Below are positions 33,813 to 42,500 of a stretch of DNA of 64,000 nt, in pieces. Position 1 is the first letter of the stretch, and each line of letters opens with the position of its first letter. The notes under the pieces are model-generated. The model was given only the letters and a program-made list of their open reading frames with translations, was not told the origin of the DNA and did not search any database. The stretch comes from Gemmataceae bacterium (GTDB lineage Bacteria > Planctomycetota > Planctomycetia > Gemmatales > Gemmataceae), in the NCBI GenBank assembly GCA_046297495.1, contig JBKBIP010000001.1, positions 201,153-265,152 on the forward strand. The letters are read 5' to 3'. The translations under genes were made by a program, and so were the position numbers.

Positions 33813-34670
33813 ATGCCATCGTACATCGACGCGCACGTTCACGTCTGGACCCCCGATACCGCTCATTATCCGTTGGTGGAAGGATACAAAAAAGAAGACA
33901 TGAAGCCGCCATCCTTCACGCCGGAGGAACTGTTCAAGCACTGCAAACCGGCAGGTGTGGAACGCATTAACCTCATTCAAATGTCGTTCTACGGTTTTGA
34001 TAACAGCTACATGCTGGACATGATGAAACTGCACGATGGCGTCTTCGTCGGGACGGCGGTGATTGATCCCCACGCGGCGGGAGTGACGAAGTTGATGGGG
34101 GAGATGGCCCAGAAAAAAGTACGGGCGTTTCGCATTCTTCCCCGCTTGAGCAAGTTGCCGCCGGCGCGCTGGCTGGAGCCGGCGGGGTATGCCAAGATGT
34201 TCGACGCGGGGGCCAGGAACCATCAAGCCATGAGCTGCTTGATTGACCCGGACGCCTTGCCCGAACTCGACCGCATGTGCCGACAGTTTCCCGATACGCC
34301 GGTCATCATCGACCACCTGTGCCGAATCGGTGCCAGTGGGCCGATCACCGACCAGGACGTGGATGCCCTGTGCGCCATGGCCAAGCATCCGCGCGTGCTC
34401 GTCAAGGTCGGGGCCTTCTACGCCTTGGGCAAGAAACAGCCCCCTTACACCGACCTGGTCCCGATGATTCAAAAAGTGGTGCAAGCGTTTGGGGCCAAGC
34501 GCTGCATGTGGGAAAGTGATTGCCCATTCCAAGTCGTGGATCACAAGTATCAAGACAGTTTGGATCTGATTCAAAAACATTTGCCGTTTCTCAGCGCCGA
34601 GGATAAAGACTGGCTGCTGAGGCGGACGGCGGAAGATTTCTTCTTTAAGAACCAGTGGCCGGGATCGTGA
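33813..34670 (+). CDS. Amidohydrolase-2 (PF04909-like) metal-dependent hydrolase
   Basis: Begins MPSYIDAHVHVW. Later His and Asp ligands are present (IIDH..., WESDCPF). The RBS ccaaggag lies before the ATG. Confidence 0.7.
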   Translation: MPSYIDAHVHVWTPDTAHYPLVEGYKKEDMKPPSFTPEELFKHCKPAGVERINLIQMSFYGFDNSYMLDMMKLHDGVFVGTAVIDPHAAGVTKLMGEMAQKKVRAFRILPRLSKLPPARWLEPAGYAKMFDAGARNHQAMSCLIDPDALPELDRMCRQFPDTPVIIDHLCRIGASGPITDQDVDALCAMAKHPRVLVKVGAFYALGKKQPPYTDLVPMIQKVVQAFGAKRCMWESDCPFQVVDHKYQDSLDLIQKHLPFLSAEDKDWLLRRTAEDFFFKNQWPGS

Positions 34671-34942
34671 ACGAGACTTCCTCTATCATCGTGGAATTTT
34701 TCGGCATGGCCCGGCAGCGCGCGGGCCGGGCAGAGTTGGCCGCCGAGGCCCACGCCATCCGCGACCTGCTGTGGGCCGTCGAGCGTGCCTGCCCGGGCTT
34801 GGAGGGCTTGATTCGAGAGGATGGCCGGCTGTCGCCACACTACTTGCTGTCTCTGGATGGTCAGCGTTTTGTCGATTCCCTGGACGAGCCGTTGCGCCCC
34901 GGCCAGCGCGTGCTGCTCTTGTCAGCAGACGCAGGGGGATGA
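34655..34942 (+). CDS. MoaD/ThiS-like beta-grasp sulfur-carrier or ubiquitin-like protein ending in Gly-Gly
   Basis: The IIVEFFGMARQRAG...LLLSADAGG-stop topology matches MoaD (..V.FFA..RE..G......FPPV[ST]GG). The start is uncertain: GTG at 34655, GTG at 34691 or ATG at 34706. It overlaps the amidohydrolase stop by 16 nt. Confidence 0.55.
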   Translation: MAGIVNETSSIIVEFFGMARQRAGRAELAAEAHAIRDLLWAVERACPGLEGLIREDGRLSPHYLLSLDGQRFVDSLDEPLRPGQRVLLLSADAGG

Positions 34943-34997
34943 CGTGGTTTCGCGTGAGAAGTCGTAAAAAAATCCGCCCCAATCGAGGAGGCTCCCC

Positions 34998-36395
34998 ATG
35001 CTACACCGGCAGAAAACGTTGCCCGACCTCGCCGCCGAGGACCGGTATCTCCAGCCGATCTACGCCCGCCGGGGCATGGCACAGCAGGTGCCCAAATATC
35101 AATTGCCCGAAGGGGAATTGGAACCGGAGACGGCCTACAACCTGATCCACGATGAATTGATGCTCGACGGCAACGCCCGGCTCAATCTGGCCACCTTTGT
35201 CTCGACCTGGATGGAACCGGAGGCCGAGAAGCTCATGGCCGAGACGTTCTCCAAGAACATGATCGACAAGGACGAATACCCTTTGACGGCCATGATTGAG
35301 GAGCGCTGTATCAACATGGTGTCGCGGCTATTCCACGCGCCGGAAACGGGGGTGGGGGCGTCGGCCATTGGCTCGTCGGAAGCGGTCATGCTGGCGGGAA
35401 TGGCCCTCAAGTGGCGCTGGCGCCAGCGGCGTCAAGCCCAGGGGAAACCGGCGGATCGGCCCAACATCGTCATGGGGAACAATGTGCAGGTGGTGTGGGA
35501 AAAATTCGCTCGCTACTGGGAAGTGGAACCGCGCTACATCGAGATGCAGCCGGGGTGTTACACCATCACTCCGCAAGGGGTCCTGGATGCCGTCGATGAA
35601 AACACCATCGCCGTGGTGCCGATTCTGGGCGTGACCTATACCGGCGCCTTCGAGCCTATCGAGGCCATCCACGCTGCCTTGGTCGAGCACAACGCCCGCA
35701 CCGGCCAGGACATCCCCATGCACATCGACGCGGCCTCCGGCGGTTTCGTCGCGCCGTTCTTGCATCCGCATTTGATGTGGGACTTCCGCTTGCCCCTGGT
35801 CAAGTCGATCAACGTCTCCGGTCACAAGTACGGCTTGGTGTATCCCGGCGTCGGTTGGGTGGTCTGGCGCAGTCACGAGGATTTGCCGGAGGAACTCATC
35901 TTCCGCGTCAATTACCTGGGCGGGGACATGCCGACGTTCACCTTGAATTTCTCCCGCCCTGGCAATCAAATCGTGGCCCAGTATTATAACTTCATCCGCC
36001 TGGGACGACAGGGTTACACGCGCATCATGCAAAACCTGCGCGACGTGGCCCTGTTTCTGTCCAGCGCCATCGAAAAGATGGGCAAGTTTGACTTGCTCAG
36101 TCGCGGCGATATGATTCCGGTCTTCGCCTTCGCGCTCAAGGATGCCAGTCGGTACACCGTCTTCGACCTGTCCGACAAGCTGCGCGAGCACGGTTGGCAA
36201 GTACCTGCCTATACCATGCCGCCGAAGGTCGAGAACTTGGCCGTGCTGCGCGTCGTCGTCCGTGAGGGTTTTAGCCACGACATGGCCGGCATGTTGCTGA
36301 ACGATCTCCAGAATGCCGTGACCTATTTCGAGTCTCAGCCCGGTCACGCGCCGAAACACTCCCACCACGTCGGCAAAGTACACAAGAATTGTTGA
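34998..36395 (+). CDS. gad: Glutamate decarboxylase (PLP-dependent)
   Basis: Strong GAGGAGG RBS. YNLIHDELMLDGNARLNLATFVSTWMEPEAEKLM and NVSGHKYGLVYPGVGWVVWR (PLP-lysine) align closely with GadA/GadB. Confidence 0.9.
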   Translation: MLHRQKTLPDLAAEDRYLQPIYARRGMAQQVPKYQLPEGELEPETAYNLIHDELMLDGNARLNLATFVSTWMEPEAEKLMAETFSKNMIDKDEYPLTAMIEERCINMVSRLFHAPETGVGASAIGSSEAVMLAGMALKWRWRQRRQAQGKPADRPNIVMGNNVQVVWEKFARYWEVEPRYIEMQPGCYTITPQGVLDAVDENTIAVVPILGVTYTGAFEPIEAIHAALVEHNARTGQDIPMHIDAASGGFVAPFLHPHLMWDFRLPLVKSINVSGHKYGLVYPGVGWVVWRSHEDLPEELIFRVNYLGGDMPTFTLNFSRPGNQIVAQYYNFIRLGRQGYTRIMQNLRDVALFLSSAIEKMGKFDLLSRGDMIPVFAFALKDASRYTVFDLSDKLREHGWQVPAYTMPPKVENLAVLRVVVREGFSHDMAGMLLNDLQNAVTYFESQPGHAPKHSHHVGKVHKNC

Positions 36396-36435
36396 CACCT
36401 CAAACCACGAAAATTTAGGCCAAAAGTGAAAAACA

Positions 36436-36490
36436 ACGGGGGTCTGCTCGGCCCCCGTGGTCGTTCCCGTTCCGCGTCTTCTTCTTTGCA
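36436..36490. terminator. Bidirectional rho-independent terminator between gad (+) and the BON protein gene (-)
   Basis: Stem acggggg / cccccgt at 36436-36458. It is flanked upstream by an A-run and downstream by a T-rich tract (cgtcttcttctttgc). Confidence 0.55.
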
Positions 36491-37231
36491 TTACCAGTAG
36501 CGCACGCGCCACCAGTCTTTCTTGGTCGGCAATTTCTGGAGCCACCAGTGACCGTCCTGCCACTCCAGTTTCACTGAACGCCAGCCAAGCGGCACTTTCG
36601 GGAAGGGGTAGAACGGCCCGATGAAGGGGAACGCCTCATACGGATAGGCCGTGGGATGAGCGACGCGCGAGTAGTTGTTGTACGGGGCGTAGGTCGGCCA
36701 AGCGTAAGGGGGCATCTTGGGCGAGGGTAGCTGGGGGCCGGCACTAGCCATTTGGAACAAGGGCGTCGGCTCCACGATCTGCCCCTGGTTGGCGTACAGC
36801 GATTGGCTCGCGGGGTTCGCCATCATTGGCATGGTGGGTTGAGCGTAAGGGGGGTGGGCATAGGGGGGTTGGGCTTGCACTTGCTGAATCGGCGCGGCCA
36901 ACTGCAAATGGTCGCGGACGCGCTCCACGCCGGGTACCCCTTGCACGATCCGCAAGGCTTCTTCGCGTTGCATCTGATCGGTGACTTGGCCGGACACTTC
37001 GGCCACGCCGTCCCGATAGACGATATGAATGGCATAATCGCGCAACTGGCCACTCTGGCGCAGTTGGCCGGCGATCTGGTCCGCCATGTGTTGATTGAGG
37101 GAAACGGTGGATGGCGTTGGCAAGGACCGTCCGGGTTCCACTTGTAAACGCAATGGTTCGTTGGCAAACACGGACAAGCTCATGCCGATGCTTGCCGCGG
37201 CGGTCAGTAAGTATTTCGAGGGCAGAGTCAC
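36491..37231 (-). CDS. Secreted BON-domain protein with a Pro/Tyr/Ala-rich, aromatic C-terminal tail
   Basis: A GTG start at 37231 is preceded by AGGAGGA. Signal peptide VTLPSKYLLTAAASIGMSLSVFA. BON-like DYAIHIVYRDGVAEVSGQVTDQMQREEALRIVQGVPGVERV. The PPYAHPPYAQP...PPYAWPTYAPY repeats end in WQDGHWWLQKLPTKKDWWRVRYW. Confidence 0.55.
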   Translation of the reverse strand: MTLPSKYLLTAAASIGMSLSVFANEPLRLQVEPGRSLPTPSTVSLNQHMADQIAGQLRQSGQLRDYAIHIVYRDGVAEVSGQVTDQMQREEALRIVQGVPGVERVRDHLQLAAPIQQVQAQPPYAHPPYAQPTMPMMANPASQSLYANQGQIVEPTPLFQMASAGPQLPSPKMPPYAWPTYAPYNNYSRVAHPTAYPYEAFPFIGPFYPFPKVPLGWRSVKLEWQDGHWWLQKLPTKKDWWRVRYW

Positions 37232-37810
37232 GATTTCATCCTCCTGATGAGGGGCGCGTATCCATAGACGCATCGGCCAAGTATTCCCGCGCGAATCCGC
37301 TTCGTCAAATGGCGTCCGCACAAAACCCTAAAAACATCTCCGACTGCGACCGGCGCCACCCGCACAACCGGCGCGGCGTGCGTGACTGGCAAGGATTCGT
37401 TATTTGACAGGACGACGGCATCGAGACGCGCCGTGGGACGGACGGAAGCATCATCAAGGTATTACAAACACTTGTCATCCATTTGCCGCTTTCGCGGATT
37501 CCACGCCATACAAATCGCGCACGACCGTCAACACTTCCTCTAAAGACAATACACTGCCGCTGCGTGGGGTGTTAAAATTTTTCTAATTTTTCGTGAACAT
37601 CTCCTCCTGTTTCGCGTCTTACTAATGTGAAGCGTGCGATAGGATCACCATATAAGGATACATTCGGAAATATTCAACCAATGCGGCGCGATCCCTTCAG
37701 TTTGATTCATGATCAACAATCGGTGAAACAAATGCTTCAACCGTGTGGTGACGTTCTGTTTCGTCATCCGCTTCGCTTGTGACATCGCCGGCTGGATAGG
37801 TGGTAGCTTC

Positions 37811-37846
37811 AGGCCAGGTGTCACGCCCAAACACCTGGCCTTTTTT
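37811..37846 (+). terminator. Rho-independent terminator on the plus strand
   Basis: aggccaggtgt-cacgcccaa-acacctggcc, an 11-bp stem, is followed by TTTTTT. It lies 4 nt upstream of the tRNA-Phe gene. Confidence 0.7.
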
Positions 37847-37849
37847 GTT

Positions 37850-37921
37850 GGGTCGGTAGCTGAGATGGTGTAGCACTGGTCTGAAGAACTGGGGACGAGG
37901 ATTCGAGCGCCTCCCGACCCA
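37850..37921 (+). tRNA. tRNA-Phe (anticodon GAA)
   Basis: Hand-folded. Acceptor GGGTCGG/CCGACCC is perfect. D-arm TAGCTG-AGATGGTG-TAGC. Anticodon loop CTGAAGA. T-arm GAGGA-TTCGAGC-GCCTC. Discriminator A. The anticodon stem has two G-U pairs and the T-stem has one mismatch. Confidence 0.6.
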
Positions 37922-38065
37922 CTGCGACGGCCCGTGCGGCGTTCGGTGATGCTATTGCGAATTGCTTGCAGGCAGAGGTTAATTACACTTAAAAACCATC
38001 ACTGTAAGTCGGACCTCATACGGGCTGCTGGAACCGAGAAGAGGTTGTTGGTCCAGAGGAAGTTG

Positions 38066-38105
38066 ACTATGTCGTACTTCCACTGACTATGTCGTACTTC
38101 CACCA
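38066..38105. repeat. Perfect tandem duplication of a 20-bp unit
   Basis: tgactatgtcgtacttccac occurs twice, at 38066-38085 and 38086-38105, in the tRNA-array spacer. Confidence 0.9.
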
Positions 38106-38193
38106 TCATAAACGTCACCTGCCCTTTCGTCGGGGTGGTGGCGTAACGGCAGGTAGAACGGCGAATACTTCTGCGAAGCGTCGCTAACCATAT

Positions 38194-38264
38194 TCGGGGA
38201 TCGTCTAATGGTAGGATTCCTGGCTTTGAACCAGGCGGTGGAGGTTCAAATCCTTCTCCCCGAG
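38194..38264 (+). tRNA. tRNA-Gln (anticodon TTG)
   Basis: Hand-folded. U1:A72 acceptor TCGGGGA/TCCCCGA, as in E. coli tRNA-Gln. Anticodon stem CCTGG/CCAGG, loop CTTTGAA. T-arm GGAGG-TTCAAAT-CCTTC. Discriminator G. Confidence 0.65.
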
Positions 38265-38355
38265 CTGTTAGTCATTAGGCAAGGGTGCTTGGCATTTTCG
38301 AAACTAATACACATGCAAGACATACTCTTACATTTATTATTTTTAACTGATCCCT

Positions 38356-38430
38356 ACCTCTGTGGAGGGGCCTGGAGTCCTCGCCGCCCTGTCACGGCGG
38401 AAATCGCGGGTTCAAATCCCGTCGGGGGTG
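38356..38430 (+). tRNA. tRNA-Asp (anticodon GTC)
   Basis: Hand-folded. Acceptor ACCTCTG/CGGGGGT with an A1:U72 pair and two G-U pairs. D-arm GAGG-GGCCTGGAGT-CCTC. Anticodon arm CCGCC-CTGTCAC-GGCGG. T-arm GCGGG-TTCAAAT-CCCGT. Discriminator G. Confidence 0.6.
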
Positions 38431-38531
38431 CTCTTGTGGAACGATGAAGGATGAAGGATAAACGAAGAATGTAAAGCGCGTCTATGTCGTGTGTATTATT
38501 CATCGTTCATCATTCCTTCAATTCACTGTTG

Positions 38532-38603
38532 GTGTTTGTGGTGTAATGGCAAGCATGCGACCCTGCGCAGGTCGAGGACCAGGTTCGATTCCTGGCGAAC
38601 ATT
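38532..38603 (+). tRNA. tRNA with apparent anticodon GCG (Arg-GCG, atypical), possibly a pseudo-tRNA
   Basis: Hand-folded. Acceptor GTGTTTG/CGAACAT with two G-U pairs. D-arm GTGT-AATGGCAA-GCAT. Anticodon arm CGACC-CTGCGCA-GGTCG with C at position 37. T-arm CCAGG-TTCGATT-CCTGG. Only 3 nt separate it from the next tRNA. Confidence 0.45.
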
Positions 38604-38606
38604 GGC

Positions 38607-38677
38607 AACGCTGGAGCCAGACGGCCAGGCAACCGGCTGCAACCCGGAAGAAGTGGGTTCGACTCCCACTAGCGTTT
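38607..38677 (+). tRNA. tRNA-Cys (anticodon GCA)
   Basis: Hand-folded. Acceptor AACGCTG/TAGCGTT. Anticodon stem CCGG/CCGG, loop CTGCAAC. T-arm GTGGG-TTCGACT-CCCAC. Discriminator U, as expected for tRNA-Cys. Confidence 0.55.
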
Positions 38678-38762
38678 CTGAAGGATCGGTTTGGCCCGCT
38701 GCTTGTGATGCGTGTCTTCCCACGGTACCATGAGGGAAGATCACGAGTCACGAGGTAGATTC

Positions 38763-39491
38763 ATGGGTGGTTTTTTCCACAATTTGGGCCGGAAGGTCGG
38801 GGCTGGGGTTCGCAAAGCGAATTGGGTCGTCAGCTCGCTGACCGGCAGCGAAGACGAGGTGCTGCAAGCCGAGCACGCCGTCGGCCGGGACATGGCGCGC
38901 GGCATCGCCGAGCAAATGTTCGTGGACACAACGCCGGACGTGCAGCGCTATCTGGATGACATCGGTGACGTGCTGATCCGTTGCGTTCGCGATCAACGGT
39001 TACGGTTCTGTTACCGCGTGCTCCGCGCGGCGGAAGTCAACGCCTTCGCCCTGCCGGGTGGTTTCATCTTCGTGACGCGGCCTCTGCTGGAGTTGTGCCA
39101 GTGGAATCAGGACGAAATCGCCTTTGTCCTGGGGCATGAAATGGGTCATGTCATCCAACGCCACGCTCTGGATCGGTTGATGGCCAGCTCGTTGCTGCGT
39201 TCGGGATTAGGCCGGCTACCCATCGGCGGTCTGGTGGGAGGAACCGTGTTGAACGTGGCTATGACCCTGCTGCAACAGGGATACTCGCGTGAGCAGGAAT
39301 TGGAAGCGGATCAAATCGGCGTGCAACTCATCCACTGTGGCGGGTTCGATTCACGAGCCGCCGCCCGTTTGCTGATGCGCTTGCAAGAAATGCCCCAAGA
39401 AACCTGGTTGGGGAGCAGCTATTTCGCCTCTCATCCGCCAGTGCTCAGTCGTATCGAGCACATCAATCGATTGCTGGCGGAAAAGCACTGA
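38763..39491 (+). CDS. M48-family zinc metalloprotease (BepA/YcaL-like)
   Basis: The GHEMGHVIQRH HExxH motif and a downstream ELEADQIGV glutamate are present. Starts at MGGFFHNLGRK after a gaggta RBS. The ORF-track start at 38712 overlaps the tRNA region. Confidence 0.75.
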   Translation: MGGFFHNLGRKVGAGVRKANWVVSSLTGSEDEVLQAEHAVGRDMARGIAEQMFVDTTPDVQRYLDDIGDVLIRCVRDQRLRFCYRVLRAAEVNAFALPGGFIFVTRPLLELCQWNQDEIAFVLGHEMGHVIQRHALDRLMASSLLRSGLGRLPIGGLVGGTVLNVAMTLLQQGYSREQELEADQIGVQLIHCGGFDSRAAARLLMRLQEMPQETWLGSSYFASHPPVLSRIEHINRLLAEKH

Positions 39492-39508
39492 CCTCAGCAA
39501 GTTCGGCA

Positions 39509-42500
39509 TCAATTGGCAAGATAATGGGAAAGTAGGCGGATCAGATAAATCGTCCCGTTGCCATTGCCGGTGAAGAGGTGGCGATTGTCCGAGGCGAAGG
39601 CCAGGCTGTGTGCCGGGCCGGGAAGCGGCATCGTGCTTTGCCGTTTATTCGTTTGCAACGACCAGATGTATAATTGGCCGGTAGTGGTGGCGCCGGCGAG
39701 TAATTGACTGTTGGGCGAAAAAGCAAACGCATTCATGCCGTGCGGCAAGTCGTCTTCCAAGGTAGCTAGCGGCGCGCCGGTGGCCGTGTTCCACAAGCGG
39801 ATCGTTAAGGATTGTTGGCCACCGCGCCCATGATTGCTCATGGTGACAAGTGTGTTGCCATCCGGTGACAGCATCGTACGTTCAATGCGGCCGGAACCGT
39901 CGAGCCGCTGAGTCCGTTCCTTCTCTTTCCGCACATCCCACCAATACAGCACGCCGTTCAACCGTGAGTCATCACCTATCTCATGGACGATGTAAGCCAG
40001 CGTGTTGCCATCCGGAGTGAATGCCAGAAAATCGACCATATTGAAATAAGGGGTATGGGTAAAGGACGCGATTTCTTTTCGTTTTTCATTCCAAATTTTG
40101 ATGGTTCCCGTCGTCGTGAGAGCGGCCATGTTCCGCCCATCCGCGGAAATGGCCACGCGGCGAACCTCGGAGAGATCACTGGCCACAGTGAGTGGGCTGC
40201 GGCCCTTGCCACTCAAATCGCGGAGTTGGACAAAGCCGCGACTCGCCACTTGATCAAACCGGCCACCAATCAGGAGCCACTGTTTATCCGCCGCCAAGGC
40301 CAAAGAAGTGATTTCCCCTTGGCTGTCCCGGAACGAATGAGAAGTCGAGTTGGTGGGGGACAGATTCCAAATCCGACAACCTTTGACGATTTTCGTGCCA
40401 TTGGATTCCGGACTGATGGCTGCCACGGTTTGATGATCAGGCGTCACGACCAAGTCGTCAATCGGGCCGATGGTTCCCTGGAAATCATTCAGCGGTTTTT
40501 TCGTGAGCGTGTTCCAGGTGTGAATGAGCTGGTCGTTGCCTCCCGCGGCCACAGTCCGTCCGTCTGGGGAGAAGGCCAAGGTTTGCAAAGGCGCGTGTTC
40601 GCCGCGCAGGAATACCGGACGAGAGAGTGGACCGCCATCAAGCTGCCACCATCGGAGGCCTCGGTCGGCGGAGGCGGCGATTAGTCCCTGGCCATCTGGG
40701 GTAAATTTCAAGTCTTGAACGCTGGCGTTCTCATCGAAAGAGTACAACTCCTTGCCCGTGTATGGATTCCAAACACGAATGATCGATTCTTGCCCCAATT
40801 GCGAGACGGCGGCTAGTTGCTGGCCTTGGGAATCGAACGTCAGCGCACGCGCGGCATAAATCCGACTGCCGAGAGGAATTGGTTCCAGATATTTCTTCTC
40901 CGCCGTATCCCAGAGATGAATCACGGTTCTGGATTCCAAGTTCTCGAGTTGCCAACAGATCATGGCAACGAGCTTATCATCGGGGGAAAACGCTAACGAA
41001 CCTGTCGAGCGGCCGGGTAAATCACTAAACCAACGGCGTGGTGGGTTGCCTGTTTCCAGATCATAATAATTACCTAAAGATCGGCCATCTATCGTTAGCA
41101 ACGAACGGCTGTTGGGGGAGAAAGCCAAGGAACGGATACTGGGTGTCAATTCCCGGAGGGGTAGACGTTCCCGCCCCGTGCTGGTGTCCCACACGCGCAA
41201 GCGACCGGCGAAATAACCGACAACGCCGTCGTCCGACCATGCCTGCGCCACATACTTGCCATCGGGCGAGATCGCGCCGTGGAAATAGGCCTTCCCCAGC
41301 AGCGGTTCTCCTATCACGCGGCGCTCGTGCAGCGTTTGGGCATCCCAGAGTCGAATCACTTGGTCCGTGCCCACTGTGACAATGTTTTGACCGTCAGCGG
41401 TGTAGCCCAGCGTGCGGATCGGCTGCCAGTTGCGGCCGCGATGTTCGCCAAGAACGGCCACTAGCTCGCGCGGCTGGCGCGCGACGCGCTCGCTGGCCGG
41501 AATCTGGGCTGATCCGAAGCGATCCAGAAACGGCAAGTCCCGCTGTTGAACGGGCGGAGTCGGGTTGGGCGGCGGCTCGTTCTGGGTGAGGGAAATAGCC
41601 AGCCATGCCACGCTCGCCACCACGCACAATGCCAGCAAGGCGCCACCAGTAAGCCACACTTGACGGCGCTTTTGGGCTTGGTAGCGCGCGCGGGCGGAAA
41701 CGGGGGAAGCTGTCGGTTGGCTGGGGGCTGGCGGCCGGGCCTGCGGCGTGGTCTCCACGGAAACCACCGCTGTCTCCAAGTCGGCGAAGACCGCCAGTGG
41801 CGCGGCTTCGGCGACGTTCGGGACCACCACGGCCATCGGCACTTGGCCGCAAAACGGCTCCAGGGCGGCGGCCAGCTCGGCGGGAGTTTGATAACGCTGT
41901 TCGGGTTTCTTGGCCAGCAGCCGCCGCAGAATCAAGCCCAAGGCCGGGGGCAGGTCCGAACGCAGCGTTTCGATGGCGGGCGGGGGATCGGTCTGGTGGC
42001 GAAGCAGCTTTTCCATAGCAGTGCCGCCGGAGAACACCACTTTGCCCGTTAGCGTGAAAAACAGCGTGCAGCCCAAGCTGTATAAGTCGGCCCGAATGTC
42101 AATGGTGCTGGAATTACGGGCTTGCTCCGGCGCCATGTAGTCTGGTGTGCCCACGACCTTGCCATCTTGGGTCAAGTGGGTAGCCGTGTCGTCGAGATTG
42201 GTTTCCACCAGACGGGCCACCCCCATATCGAGAATCTTGACCACCGCCTGACCATCGCTCGTTGGCTTGGCGATGAGCAAGTTGCCCGGCTTGATGTCTC
42301 GATGCACTAGCCCCTTCTCGAACGCATGTTGCAACCCCAACGCCGCTTGGCGAATGATGTCGCACGCTTGGGGAACAGGCAACGGCCCGGATTCCCGAAT
42401 CAGCTTGCCCAAGTCGATGCCATCCACGTATTCCATGACGAAGAAATGCGTGTCGCCGACCTGATTGGCGTCGAAGGCGGCGACGATATTCGGATGGGAC

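Noticed and set aside
35328-36563. 411-aa ORF antisense to gad
   Set aside because: gad is strongly supported by motifs and a GAGGAGG RBS. The antisense frame has no features.
38111-38190. Possible additional tRNA or tRNA fragment (GGGGTGGTGGCGTAACGGCAGG...)
   Set aside because: No acceptor/T-arm pairing can be drawn. It forms a simple CCTGCC...GGCAGG hairpin plus a copy of the palindrome arm. It is treated as spacer sequence.
38356-38430. Reading of this tRNA on the minus strand, or as a truncated 3' fragment marking an integration site
   Set aside because: The T-loop GGGTTCAAATCCC is in plus orientation. A complete cloverleaf with acceptor ACCTCTG/CGGGGGT can be drawn. No integrase or direct-repeat attachment site is present.
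37300-39500. Prophage or integrative element suspected from tRNA clustering and AT-rich islands
   Set aside because: No integrase, recombinase, phage structural or transposase genes occur in or near the window. The flanking genes are ordinary chromosomal genes.
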